Source of the DNA: Lepidodermella squamata
Taxonomy: Eukaryota; Animalia; Gastrotricha
Assembly (NCBI GenBank): GCA_047495785.1
Contig: JBLDXI010000032.1
Span: 3,534,001-3,598,000, forward strand
Direction: 5' to 3'
Length of the DNA stretch: 64,000 nucleotides
The notes beneath the pieces were generated by a model. That model was not told where the DNA came from and ran no database searches. It saw nothing but the letters and a program-made list of their open reading frames with translations. Both the position numbers and the translations under genes were made by a program. How positions within the stretch are numbered: the first letter of the stretch is position 1; each line of letters starts with the position of its first letter. Positions 41,009-52,239 of this stretch are shown in pieces.

Positions 41009-42019
41009 CTAAGATACAACTAAGGATTTTGAACGATAGGCAAAATGGCGAATAAATTCGATACCAGTGCCAGTGCCAGCAACGGCTGTAACACTGTTAT
41101 TAGCACATGGAATGATGGAATATACACCCTTGATGTCAAGCGGAATTTCATTTTGCAATTTACCATCGACGGAGTAAATGTAAAGCGATCCTGATTCACC
41201 CCCGAGCAGCAACTTGTCATCACTGAACAACGCAGCGTGAGCTTGAAGTGAACTAGGCTCCATCGATGCTGCAAAAGAAGTCATCGCAACGCTGTAAATA
41301 CCAGATTGAACTCCACCGCCGAATGCCAAGAAATCACCAGAATTATCGACAGCAATGCATCCTACCCAAGAACCAGAGGAAACAGAAGCGGTTTTGCGGG
41401 TTCTTGGGTTGATATTAGCAACCTGTTGCGCTGACTTGTAATCCCAAATTTTAATGAAGCCATCTTCGCTACAAGAGAAAATCTGCTGCTTTGCTTGATT
41501 GTGTGCAATTTGATGAATAAAGTCAGTGTGTCCCTCCAGCGTTCGGACTAACTTGCCACAGGACAGGTCAAATGAATAAATGTTGGAGTCGCCGCATCCA
41601 ACATAAAGATAATGGGAAGCATGACTGGATGATGGAATTGTGACCATGGAGTTTATGTCCAAACCAGAAGATGAGCGGCGAGAATAATCTGCGACGTTGA
41701 TGACGAAGGCAGGATCTGGGTTTTTCATCACTTTAGAGGTAATGCTTTCCCATTTCCATGCACGAATGAAGCCACGGGAATCTCCGCATATCAGATGATA
41801 GGGCGTCGACGCCAGGGAATATGCTCGATTAGCCATAACTGGAATCTCGCAAATTTGTACTGAGTTGCTTGATAGATCAGTGTCATTGCGATCAAGTTTG
41901 AAAACTATCACACTACCAGCATTCGTAGCAGCAGCCAAGTAGTTCTCGCATGGTGATAGAGCCAGCGAATATATTTTCAAGTACATGAGTTGACGCTCAC
42001 GCAATACATCCAAATGCAT
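41009..42019 (-). CDS. THOC6: WD40 protein, THO complex subunit 6
   Basis: IYSLALSPCENYLAAATNAG, GCGDSNIY, EGHTDFIHQI, SCSEDGFIKIWD, WVGCIA and LAFGGG follow the THOC6 pattern. Confidence 0.8.
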   Translation of the reverse strand: MHLDVLRERQLMYLKIYSLALSPCENYLAAATNAGSVIVFKLDRNDTDLSSNSVQICEIPVMANRAYSLASTPYHLICGDSRGFIRAWKWESITSKVMKNPDPAFVINVADYSRRSSSGLDINSMVTIPSSSHASHYLYVGCGDSNIYSFDLSCGKLVRTLEGHTDFIHQIAHNQAKQQIFSCSEDGFIKIWDYKSAQQVANINPRTRKTASVSSGSWVGCIAVDNSGDFLAFGGGVQSGIYSVAMTSFAASMEPSSLQAHAALFSDDKLLLGGESGSLYIYSVDGKLQNEIPLDIKGVYSIIPCANNSVTAVAGTGTGIEFIRHFAYRSKSLVVS

Positions 42020-43780
42020 TGTTGAAAATGAAAACAAAATATAACCCTAAATTCAGACCAGATTACGCATATTACATAGTCAGCACAGGTCAGTTTGTGA
42101 TGCCAAGGTAACACAAAACAAATAGGAGATTAGGATTCGATCAACAATATTTATAGGGGGCGCAAATAAGAGATGAACGGCGAGATGAACTCTTCGAATT
42201 GAATTTCCCCGATCCAACAAACAACAAAGAAAAGCGAAGCACTCAAATCAGGGTAGTGTATCGGTCGTAGAATACTTACATAGACTACCGGCAACAAGCT
42301 CTAGGATAAAGATGGCGTTCTATTTGAGGACTCGATTGCTCGGCCAGAGTTTCTTCAAGGTTTGTCTGGAAGATTCTGGGAACTTCTAGCTTCCTCCGTA
42401 CGGCCGCAGCAGCGAGAGCGCCAAAAAGCTCATCAAAAGTGAGCGCCAAAAATTCAAAAACGCACGTGCGACCTTGGAAAAATAAAAATGTTGCAGATGG
42501 ATACGAAAACTATTAATTCAGCAGTGTTATGAAGCTAATATAGCTTTTCCTGAAAATTCTTAATAAAATAAATCAAAATCATGCTTTTTCAAACATTTGA
42601 ACTTGCGATTTTTTCTGGCGATGACATGCGAAACACCCCACCTTATGTGCCCATTGTTCGGTGGAAGGTAATTCTGAGTCATCGCTAGATGTCCGTATTG
42701 CGTAGTGTTCTGGGCGTGAGAAAAATTCGCCTCCTTAAAGTTGTTTTTGAGCCCAAGCAATCGAAAACCGGCAACCGACGGATCAGCTGATTGACTTTCC
42801 TCGCCTTCTGCGTTTTTCATGACTCGTAGCGTTCCTCTTCGTCTGACATTTTCTTGGCGAATGTTATAGTGCTGATGAACGGGGCTAAGAGTCATACTCT
42901 CAGAGTCATGGGAGACATGCAGTGACAGATACCCATTGATTACATGGGATTGGAGTGCTGTTAATGTCTGAATTCGCACATTATATCTGCCATGTTTCAC
43001 ATCCACGTCACTTGAAGTTTCAGCTCTCGAGGCAAGGAGTAAGACAATTAAATACTTATAGCTGGATGCCTCTACCCATGGCTTATTTGCAGGCTTCGGC
43101 CTTCGGTTAGGAAAAATGATCTTTGATCTTCTCTCATCGACTTCACTCATTTCTTTGCCTCTGTATTCCTTATTGTATTTTTAATATTCTATACTTCAGG
43201 GTTTCCATTCTCTTAATGGTAGGCGTCCGGCGTCCTTATAAGCATCAATTACTTATTACTTCGATCGCCATATATAAGAGTACTCATATGATCTGTAATG
43301 GTCTGCAAATATCGTTTGGTATTATTCCGAATATAATTGTACCCGACAGTCAACCTGTTGCGCCGTACTATGGCGTTGGAATGTTAATTCGAAATTATAT
43401 GTTCGTTTTGCAAGAGATAACAGGCGTTTTAGTTTGAAATTGATCTATCAAATCGACGATGCAACTTATTTTATTGTAGTCTTCAATACTCTGGAATCTG
43501 AAAATACATGCTCTAAAATACTCGGTAAGATCAAATAAAAAACCGCACTGCCGTTCATCGTTAGATTATCTTAGTTATTCGATGAACTCGATTAGAGGAC
43601 TATCATCAAGTTTTTTTAATCATTTGTCTCCACTAATTCTCATGCCGCGCTGGCTTTTGATTGCCGCGAAACATCTTTATAGCTTGTTTGTTCTCATATC
43701 AGGTTCGCATCGTGAACGTTTCTGATAAGCCATTGATAACCAAATTACACTCGCTATTTGCGTAGCTGATATATTTATAA

Positions 43781-44697
43781 ATGTCTGGACTGGTTGGTAT
43801 AACTCATTACGCACAACGTCCTACTGCGCTCGTCAAAGAAGTTTGGACTACGGGTTTGTATTCGCGTTTACCGAGTTTCTATCGGAAAAATTACGAGGAA
43901 TGGGAGCGATACAAAGCAAAAGGCAGAACACCTCATGAAGTGCCTCCCAAGATCAATTCGCCATGGTATAGCGACAAGTTTGGCGCGCCTAAACTTCACA
44001 ATAATGTCCCTATTCGCGTTCACTATCCTGATCAATGTGATAAGGGATTATGGGGTGGCGAAGGCATTGTTGAAGGAATGATTGTGAAGGAAAAGCGGTG
44101 GTTCGATGCTGTAATTCCTAAAATATGGCGGCCCTCTCTTTCACGACGCGTTTTCTATTCAGAAATTCTCGATAAATACTTTCTCTTGACATGCACACAG
44201 CGTACGCTGGATCTTGTTGACGAGTCTAATGGCTTTGACTTCTATATTTTGAAAACCCACCCCGTTGAATTGAGGTCTCAGCTAGCACTAGACTTGCGGC
44301 GAGAAATGTTGCTATGCCTTGCCAGAAATCAAACAAAGAGCGAGGAAATTCGTCACAAGTACGCTCATTTTGCCGTCTCTGAAAAAGAGGCCGAGTGGTT
44401 TGGCCTGCCGCTAGACGTCGCCATTGCTAAACAGGTCTCATTCTATAGCTCTCTTTTCATTTATCGTAATAAAGCTATTTTCATTCATTTTCTATTAAGG
44501 CGGAAATCGAAGAACGTGAACAGAAAAGCAGCATTCGCCCGCTCAAAGAATTATTTCGCGAACAACTGATCGCGCGTTTGAAAGAAGGTACAGACATTAC
44601 GCAACAGCCACCTGAGAAAGCAGAATCGGATGATAGCGAGCCGAAAGCTGAAAAAACCACTCTTCAAAAACTTGCGTTCTGGAAGAAACAAGAATGA
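43781..44697 (+). CDS. MRPL28: Mitochondrial ribosomal protein bL28m; intron about 44435-44499
   Basis: GLWGGEGIVEG, KIWRPSL..VFYSEILDKYF, RTLDLVDESNGFDFYILKT, EAEWFGLPL. Confidence 0.9.
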
Positions 44698-44768
44698 ATT
44701 CTATTTGCTCACGTTGTTTTAACCAAACGCTGAATCTTCTTTTGTAGTGTTTTATAATATTTTTATAA

Positions 44769-47014
44769 ATGGCTCCCGCCTCTAAAAATATAGTCATCCG
44801 CGTGCAATCCGGTGATTTTGGAACTAAACGAGTCGAAGTTACCCCGCTTGAATCGCTCGATGCTTTATATGAGAAAACGAAATCAGCGTTTTCACTGGAC
44901 ACTAATTCAGGCTGGGCGTTGTATACTGCGCGAGATCGATCGGGAGTGCTGACAAAAGGCGCCGCGAAGACAGTATCTGCGGCTCAGCTGAAACATGGAG
45001 ACATGATTTATATGATTTTTGACACGGGCGCGCTGACTAAGCTCAATAATGAGAGCAACGTGCAGGCTGATTATGCCATGGATATGTATGTGTCTCCTAT
45101 GACTGTTTCAGTTAAAACATTATATTGATTTTTCTGCAGAGCTTCTCCAGAAGATACGCCTGTAAAATCAACGCCGGCTGCTGTAAAACCAGTTTTCGTT
45201 CAGGAGGACGATGTCGATGTTCAGTTATGGCAACAAGACGGCAAAGTCGAGCGGGGAATTACGCCAAGCTGCAGTCACAATGCTAGGTCAAAATGCTTCA
45301 ACTGCGTTGCACTTGAGCCTTACGACGAGGAGTTGCTAAAAATGAAAGATATCAAGTTTCTTTCCTTCCATTCATACGTCCGCAAAATGCAATCTGGAGT
45401 GGATAAAGGGAAGTTTCTCTTCCTCGAGGACATCAACTGTCGCATCAAACCTGGCTGCCGTGATCATTTGCCATGGCCGAAAGGTATTTGTACAAAATGC
45501 CAACCGAGTGCCATAGTCTTGAATCGTCAGAAATATCGCCACGTCGACGGTATCGTCTTCGAGAATCATCATTTCGTTGATCGATTTCTCAATTACTGGC
45601 GTATGTCGGGCTGTCAGCGAATCGGTATTATGTTCGGAGTTTTCGAACCTCATCCCGATGTTCCTTTGGGCATTCGCGCTCGAGTATGTGCAATTTACGA
45701 GCCTCCTCAAAACTCATCTCCTCACAGCGTTGAGCTGCTTGAAGATCCTAATGAAGCTATTGTCATCTCAACCGCGAAAAAACTCGGTCTCCAACCTGTT
45801 GGATGGATATTCACTGATCTGCTTCCAAAAGATACTCGAAAAGGAACTGTTGAATGCCTGAGAGGCGCTGTACGTTTCTTATTAAACTGGATGAAAAGTC
45901 CTATATTGCTTTAAATTTTCAGGATACGTTTTTCCTCTCGGCAGAAGAATGCATATTAGCTGCTGAATTTCAAAATAAATTCCCCAATCCGTGCAAACTC
46001 TCGGCCTCCGGTTATTTCGGCTCGAAATTCGTTACAGTGGTAGCATCTGGTGCGTTGAATTCATGGATTTTGTTCGCAAATACAAAATGTTCATGCTTGA
46101 TAGGTGATCAAAGCAATCAAATCCATTTCGAGGCGTACCAAGTGTCTAACCAATGTATGGCCCTGGTTCGTGATAATTGCCTCGTGCCTACAGTCGACCG
46201 GCCCGAGCTGGGCTATGTGCGCGAATCCTCAAGCGAGCAGTACGTGCCAGACGTTTTCTATATGGTAAGTGAAACGTAGTAAATATCTTACACACATATC
46301 CAGATCATAAAGAGAATTATTACTGTTGCGTTCTGTTTACCTCGAGAAACAGCCGCCTTAATAATAATAATATGCTTTGTGGGCCCAGCTTGATGTGTGT
46401 ATTAACTATATGCGCTTTTGTTGTTTGTTTACACGCGAAAACGAAACCAGAAAGTCGATCAGTATGGTAATCAAGTGCGTGACTTGGCCCGACCGCTGCC
46501 CGTAGAATATCTCTTGCTCGATTTGTCAGCCACGTTTCCCATCGAAATGCGCTACACCTTCGCGGCGAATGACCAAATCTCGAATAAATTCCCGATCGAA
46601 AATCGTGAAATGATTGGCGAAGGCCAGTCGCTTTCACGTCTTCGCGCCTACTTCGACGAGTTTCCGAAAGATCAACTTAGTTTGGCTCTGAACGATTTCC
46701 ACGTTGTGATGAACCTTGCCCTATCTGAGGTTCTACCGATGAAGGCGGTTATCGACCAAATGTGCCAGGTTGTGAGGACAAACGATCCGTACGAATCGAG
46801 GCGATTCTTTCAAACCGACGAGTGGAATACTTTGATCGAAATTCTGAAAAGCGACCTCGACATTGGCTCACCTGCCGCTTCTATGGAGACTGGCGGCGCG
46901 TCAGGCAGCCGGGTCAGCTCTACCTGGACTTGCGGCGTTTGCACGTACGAAAACCGAGGCAGCAAAGGCGACTGCGAAATGTGTGGTCTGCCTCGCAATG
47001 CTGAGATGAACTGA
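44769..47014 (+). CDS. NPLOC4: Nuclear protein localization 4 (p97/Cdc48 cofactor), multi-exon
   Basis: IVIRVQS UBL start, HLPWPKGICTKCQPSAIVLNRQKYRHVD, AIYEPPQ, GWIFTDL, ARPLPVEYLL and C-terminal NZF finger WTCGVCTYEN..CEMCGLP. Confidence 0.95.
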
Positions 47015-47190
47015 AATTTTCATGCCGGTGATATTGCTGTTTATTTAATGTAGCAACTCAATTTGATTATTAACCAAGCTGAAAGCATTCTTTAATGTTG
47101 TACCACTGTCAAGTGAACAAGTTTCAACAATTGTTTATTTTTTTGTATAGTCTTTAATTTAACAAATTAGCCATACCCTGAGAGTGAATT

Positions 47191-50100
47191 ATGAATTCCC
47201 TTCACGAGTGTTGGGCGTCTTTTCACAAATTATGTGTAAGTACAAATTTATTACGATTGTCTCATAAGTAATTAATTTAATTTTTTAAAAGGAAAATTTT
47301 TACGAAGTGCACCCGATTGGAAGCGTAGTTGCAACCAGCATCGCGATAACAGTGCCTTTCCTGTATTACCTTTACAACAGAAATCTTCAGTTCTGGACTT
47401 TTAAGCTGGACGAATGGACATCGGTTGAAATAGCGAAAGGAGTACGTTGCAATAAGGCGGTGGCAAAAACCGGCTTGGTCGATTCTCTAGACCACAAGCT
47501 TAAAGGCAAAGGTCTCGTTAAGACTGTCTACGACTGCTTCCAACATGGTGTTGCCGTCTCCAGTAAATTTTTCAATGCGAAAATTGATTGCTTTTCAATA
47601 AATTATAATGTATTTTCAGACGACAGACCTTGCATGGGTCGATTGGTCGACAATGCCTCGAGATACGAATGGCTGACTTACGGCGAAGTCGCGAAGCAAT
47701 CTCGACTGGTTGCTCAGCTGCTTCGCGGGCGAGGCGCGAAACGCCAGGAATGCGTCGGAATTTACGCTGTTAATAGCCCCGAGTGGGTGATGGCTCAACT
47801 TGCCTGCGTTATGCAATCCCTTGTTACAGGTAACGCATTGCTCTTAAATTGAGGTGGTCAAAAAATATCCCATTTCGAATTTTAGTCCCCCTTTACGATA
47901 CTCTGGGCCCTGAAAGTATTCGCCATTCCATCAATGAAGTCGAGCTGGGTGTGTTGTTTTGTGATTCCGAGGACAAGTTGAAGAAAATTCTGGCGGAGCG
48001 GAAAAATTTCCCGACCTTGCGGCTCTTCATCTTACTCAACGATAACGTGAAAGACGCTAATTTCGCCAATGATTGCAAGACCAACGGAATCGAACTGCTG
48101 ACATGGTCTCAATGCAAAGCCGCTGGAGCGGAGTACTCGAATATTAAGGATGACGCGCCGAAACCGGACGATCTTTTCTTGATTCAATACACAAGTGGCA
48201 CGACAGGTTTGTCTATCCATCCCTTTAACCCAAGTAGTTTCACACAGTTAAGGTGGCTGTTCAGGCATCTCAAAGGGCGTAATGTTGACGCATCAGAACA
48301 TGGTTGCTGATATTGCTGGCGCCGAAGGCCTCGACTTCTTGCTGAAGGCCAAGGGCATGGATTTGATGTCAAACGAAGATAGAATGTTTTTCTACATGCC
48401 TCTGGCTCATGGCTATGGTCAAACTGCCATGGTTTGTTTAAGTGTTGTCGTTGTGATGTCTGAAAGATGCGGAATACCACCTTAATTGTAGTCTGAAAGT
48501 CTAAGCCATTTTAACACAGTCTTTCTAATGGTTGTTTTTCTCTTCTGTCTTTCGATGTTTTAAAGGTATCTGTAAAGGTGTTCAGCTTTGCCATTCGAAT
48601 TTACCCGCTCAAATGGCGGGTTTCGAATACCTGCCGTTCATTATTCACGGGAAGGATTTTATGCTCGGGCCTGAAGATCGGATTTATCTCTTCTTGCCAT
48701 TGGCTCACGCTTATGCGCAAGTGGCTACGGTATAATCTTAGACACAACTGTACCCGAGTGATTTAGTTCCGAAACTAACAGCTATAAGGGTGTAGACATT
48801 TTGCATGACACTACTAACGCTTTCCTTAATTATCAAGGTTGCATCAGGTTGAGCTTGGGTGCGTTTTAGTAGTTGCTCCTTTTTATTAGCGTGAAATTGT
48901 TGAATCTTCTTCGACTTGGTTTTTATCTATGCTTCATCCCGTAAGAATTCTGAGATGGTCTTAGATCATCCGATTATCTTTAGTTTCTCTTGTGGAATTC
49001 CGCATGTTTCTGCGTTGCATTTCTCGCGTTTATCACCAATACATCTTCTTCATTACCTTTGCAGGTCTGGTTTTTGTACGCGGGTGGTCAAATTGCGTTC
49101 TCTTCTGGCAACGTTACTCGAATCGTCAACGAAATGCAGCTGAGCCAACCGACGTATCTGCCTCTCGTGCCACGAATCATGAATCGTGTCTACACTAAAG
49201 TTGTGGAGGAGACTAAATCTGGTTTCAAGGGGTGGCTTTTCTGGAAATGTTACGAGGGCAAGCGGCGGTTGTTCAAACAAGGCTGTCTGACCCGAAACTC
49301 TGTTTACGACTGGCTAGTTTTCCGAAGGCTCCAAAAGATGATTGGTGGACGCGTTCGCTTCATGACCACTGGTTCTGCGCCAATCGGTGTTGAAGTGCTC
49401 GAATTTTGGCGGGTTGTGTTTGGTGCTTTTGTGAGTTTCACTATTACAAGCGTCACATTTCATATCGTAAATTTATCGCAAATCAGATTATGGAAGGTTA
49501 TGGTCAAACTGAGAACACATCGGCTGCAACTGGAGCTATTGACGTGACTGGTGGCAATGTTGGACATCCGATCTTGTGCAACTACATCCGTTTGCTGGAC
49601 CTGCCCGAGCTTGGCTATACCACAGACAACGACCCACCACAAGGCGAAATCTGCATCAAGGGAACGAATGTAATGAAGGGATACTACAAGCAACCACAGT
49701 TGACGAAAGAAGCGTTCACTGCTGATGGTTGGCTAATGACTGGCGATATTGGCGAGTTTTTGCCCGATGGATCGCTGCGAATGATCGATCGCAGGAAACA
49801 CATCTTCAAGCTGGCGCAAGGCGAGTACGTCGCCCCGGAGAAAATCGAAGCAATCTATGCCCAATGCCCCCTTGTCGCTCAATGTTTCATCGATGGAAAC
49901 AGTTTGCAACCCTACGTTATTGCTGTTGTTGTCCCTGAGGAAGGCGCAGCTAAATCTTGGGCGAAAGCTCAGGGCCTGACCAATGTTTCTCTCAGCGATC
50001 TGTGCTCGAATAAAGTAAGTCTCGTTCTCTCGACCATACCATTTTTTAATCGGGCTTTTTAACAGGATTTTAGACGTCACGTTTTGGACGCTATGTTGGC

Positions 50101-50296
50101 GCTTGGCAAGGAGAAGAAGCTGAATTCTCTTGAGCAAATCAAATCATTGTACCTTCACTCCGACCCATTTTCGGTCGTCAATGGCCTGTTGACACCGTCG
50201 CTTAAGAACAAGCGAAATGACCTGCGCCGTCGCTTTGAGGCTGAGATCGAACAGCTTTATAAGGCTGGACCCTTGATCGCTTCCAATAGAGATTGA
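47191..50296 (+). CDS. ACSL: Long-chain acyl-CoA synthetase (ACSL1/5/6-like) paralog a, with N-terminal membrane anchor and mutually exclusive exons 48265-48431 / 48566-48729
   Basis: [64 protein letters not shown]. First exon 47191-47235. Confidence 0.93.
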
Positions 50297-52239
50297 TCGA
50301 GTGATTATTTTCAACAGTGAACGAAAAACGCCCGATAAAGACTCAATTTATAACCTCGAAATAGTCAACTTCAGACATATCGCAGTCATCTATTAGAGGC
50401 AGACGTCCTTCCTATATTTTATATTAGTCGTTTTTAGACTAGTGTTATCTCCTGGTTAGACAGAGAGAGATCATGTAGTGCCTTATATTATTCAAGGCGA
50501 TACGCTAGTATAAAACCGACGTCTAATCCCTGAATTGAGCCGATGGCTACTTCTATGATAAACACAGACCTGTTACGCTTATGGTTTATGGACCACTGAC
50601 TTTTCTTTTCTGCGTCTCGAACATGTTTTCTGGCGCGAGCTCTTCAAGTCACGCTTTGCGCAAAAATGTGCCGGTTTGTCGTGGTGATTTTTCTCTACTA
50701 ATCTTGTTCTTTATATAAAGTTATTTACAAGGCCTTCAATTAAGTGTATGATATAGATGTTTTCTGCACGAATAAGCGCGCTTAGAGATTTTTCTACGAC
50801 TTTTTTTCGGAAAAAAAACTGCTTTTGTAAATAAGAAATAAGCGAAAATCGAACCTGTAATTTTGCTAATTTCTTTGCATTCCGGTCGCGGTAGTTCGAC
50901 TACCTGATCGTTTGTTTTTGAGGCTTGGAAATTCTAATTTTCTGCGGGAATTTAATAGCGCATTATTGTCGATTTGTTCCAGATTGATTTTATGATTATC
51001 CAGGTTAAATCAATAGGCTGTAATCTATGTTCTGCTCATGTTTTCGTCTGTTGTTCAATTGATTAGAGATCAAATTGTTTTATCGAACATGTATACCTTT
51101 ATGCCACTGTCTTTGCTCATGATTGTGCTATTTTTCCTACTCTTCACCTGGAAATTATTGTTCCCAAAACGCCTCTCTTGTGCAAAATGCCCTCGAAATT
51201 GTGCCCGATATTTCATTGACTGGCCTGCTTGTTTTATATTGATGTTTTTTCGCTCGTACTATATTATTGTTATTATCGTCCGTGTCGCGACAAGTTAATC
51301 AAACACATATATTCACACACCACAAAGTACATACATACACACATTGCAGCAGTCGAGTGAGGAGAAATGTTGAAACGAATTACGGTACCAATTGATAAAG
51401 ATAAAACAATAAACAATTACTTTTCCCGCTCGTAACATGTCTCACACATAGGGTTCTAGGTTACTCGAATGGCGTGCCGCGGTTTTGTTGTACCACGCCT
51501 ATTTCATGGCAGCTATCTACATCTTCCTTTTATAATACCTATACGTGTACTATGCGTCTTGAATCGGCGGCGATATGCTCGAGCGATAAAAACGAGTTGA
51601 AAGGAAAAAAACTAGACGCACCGCTGACGTAGGCGCTCAATTGAAAAACTATAATGGCTTCGCTGGTGTGAATGTCAACCGATGGCGACAACGGGCGACT
51701 AACGAGCATGTTAATGTGTAAAGTGGACGGCTCGTTAGAAAAACGAGGTCTAAATGGGGTTGATGGTGTGAGATTGCCGCACGTGTGTATCGGATTTGAT
51801 TCTCTTGTTGTAATAGCGTATTACACCTTGTTAAACAAGCGTGTTGATTAAAAAAGAGCGCCGCTCAATGTAAAATAGTGGTTGGTTGTATGGAAACCAA
51901 GCCGTTTTTTATTGGTGGTCATAATAAAGTATATATTCGCGGTAGCCATACGTACTTGGCTCGGAACAATTTACATCCACCCTATATGTCAGGGTTGTAT
52001 ATAATTATTTTTTCTACTTCTGTATACTTATTAGTGCGTGTTCAGGAGCGACGTGTTATATTAATATTATATAAGTATAATACACCTGATTTTTTGGCCG
52101 CCCGTTGAGTCTACGAAAGCCGACCCCCGAAAAAGAAAAATTACCTGCTGCTGCTGCCGCCGCTACTACTGCTGTTTCGTCGTCTTGTATTCATTGCGTA
52201 GTAATGAGAAAATCTCCGTCTATTGGCGCGAGTCCATCC

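Noticed and set aside
42560-43437. 196-aa and 104-aa ORFs in the spacer between THOC6 and MRPL28; vaguely like a decayed LTR-retrotransposon integrase region
   Set aside because: No diagnostic motif could be read with confidence, and adjacent frames have many stops.
46265-46450. Longer NPLOC4 intron with a 9-bp stem (TACACACAT/ATGTGTGTA), possible snoRNA host
   Set aside because: No properly placed C/D or H/ACA boxes could be identified.
48770-48870. Possible third ACSL alternative exon reading YKGVDILH (cf. KGVMLTH / KGVQLCH)
   Set aside because: The nearest AG is in the wrong phase, there is no PLAH motif, and an in-frame stop follows; at best a decayed relic.
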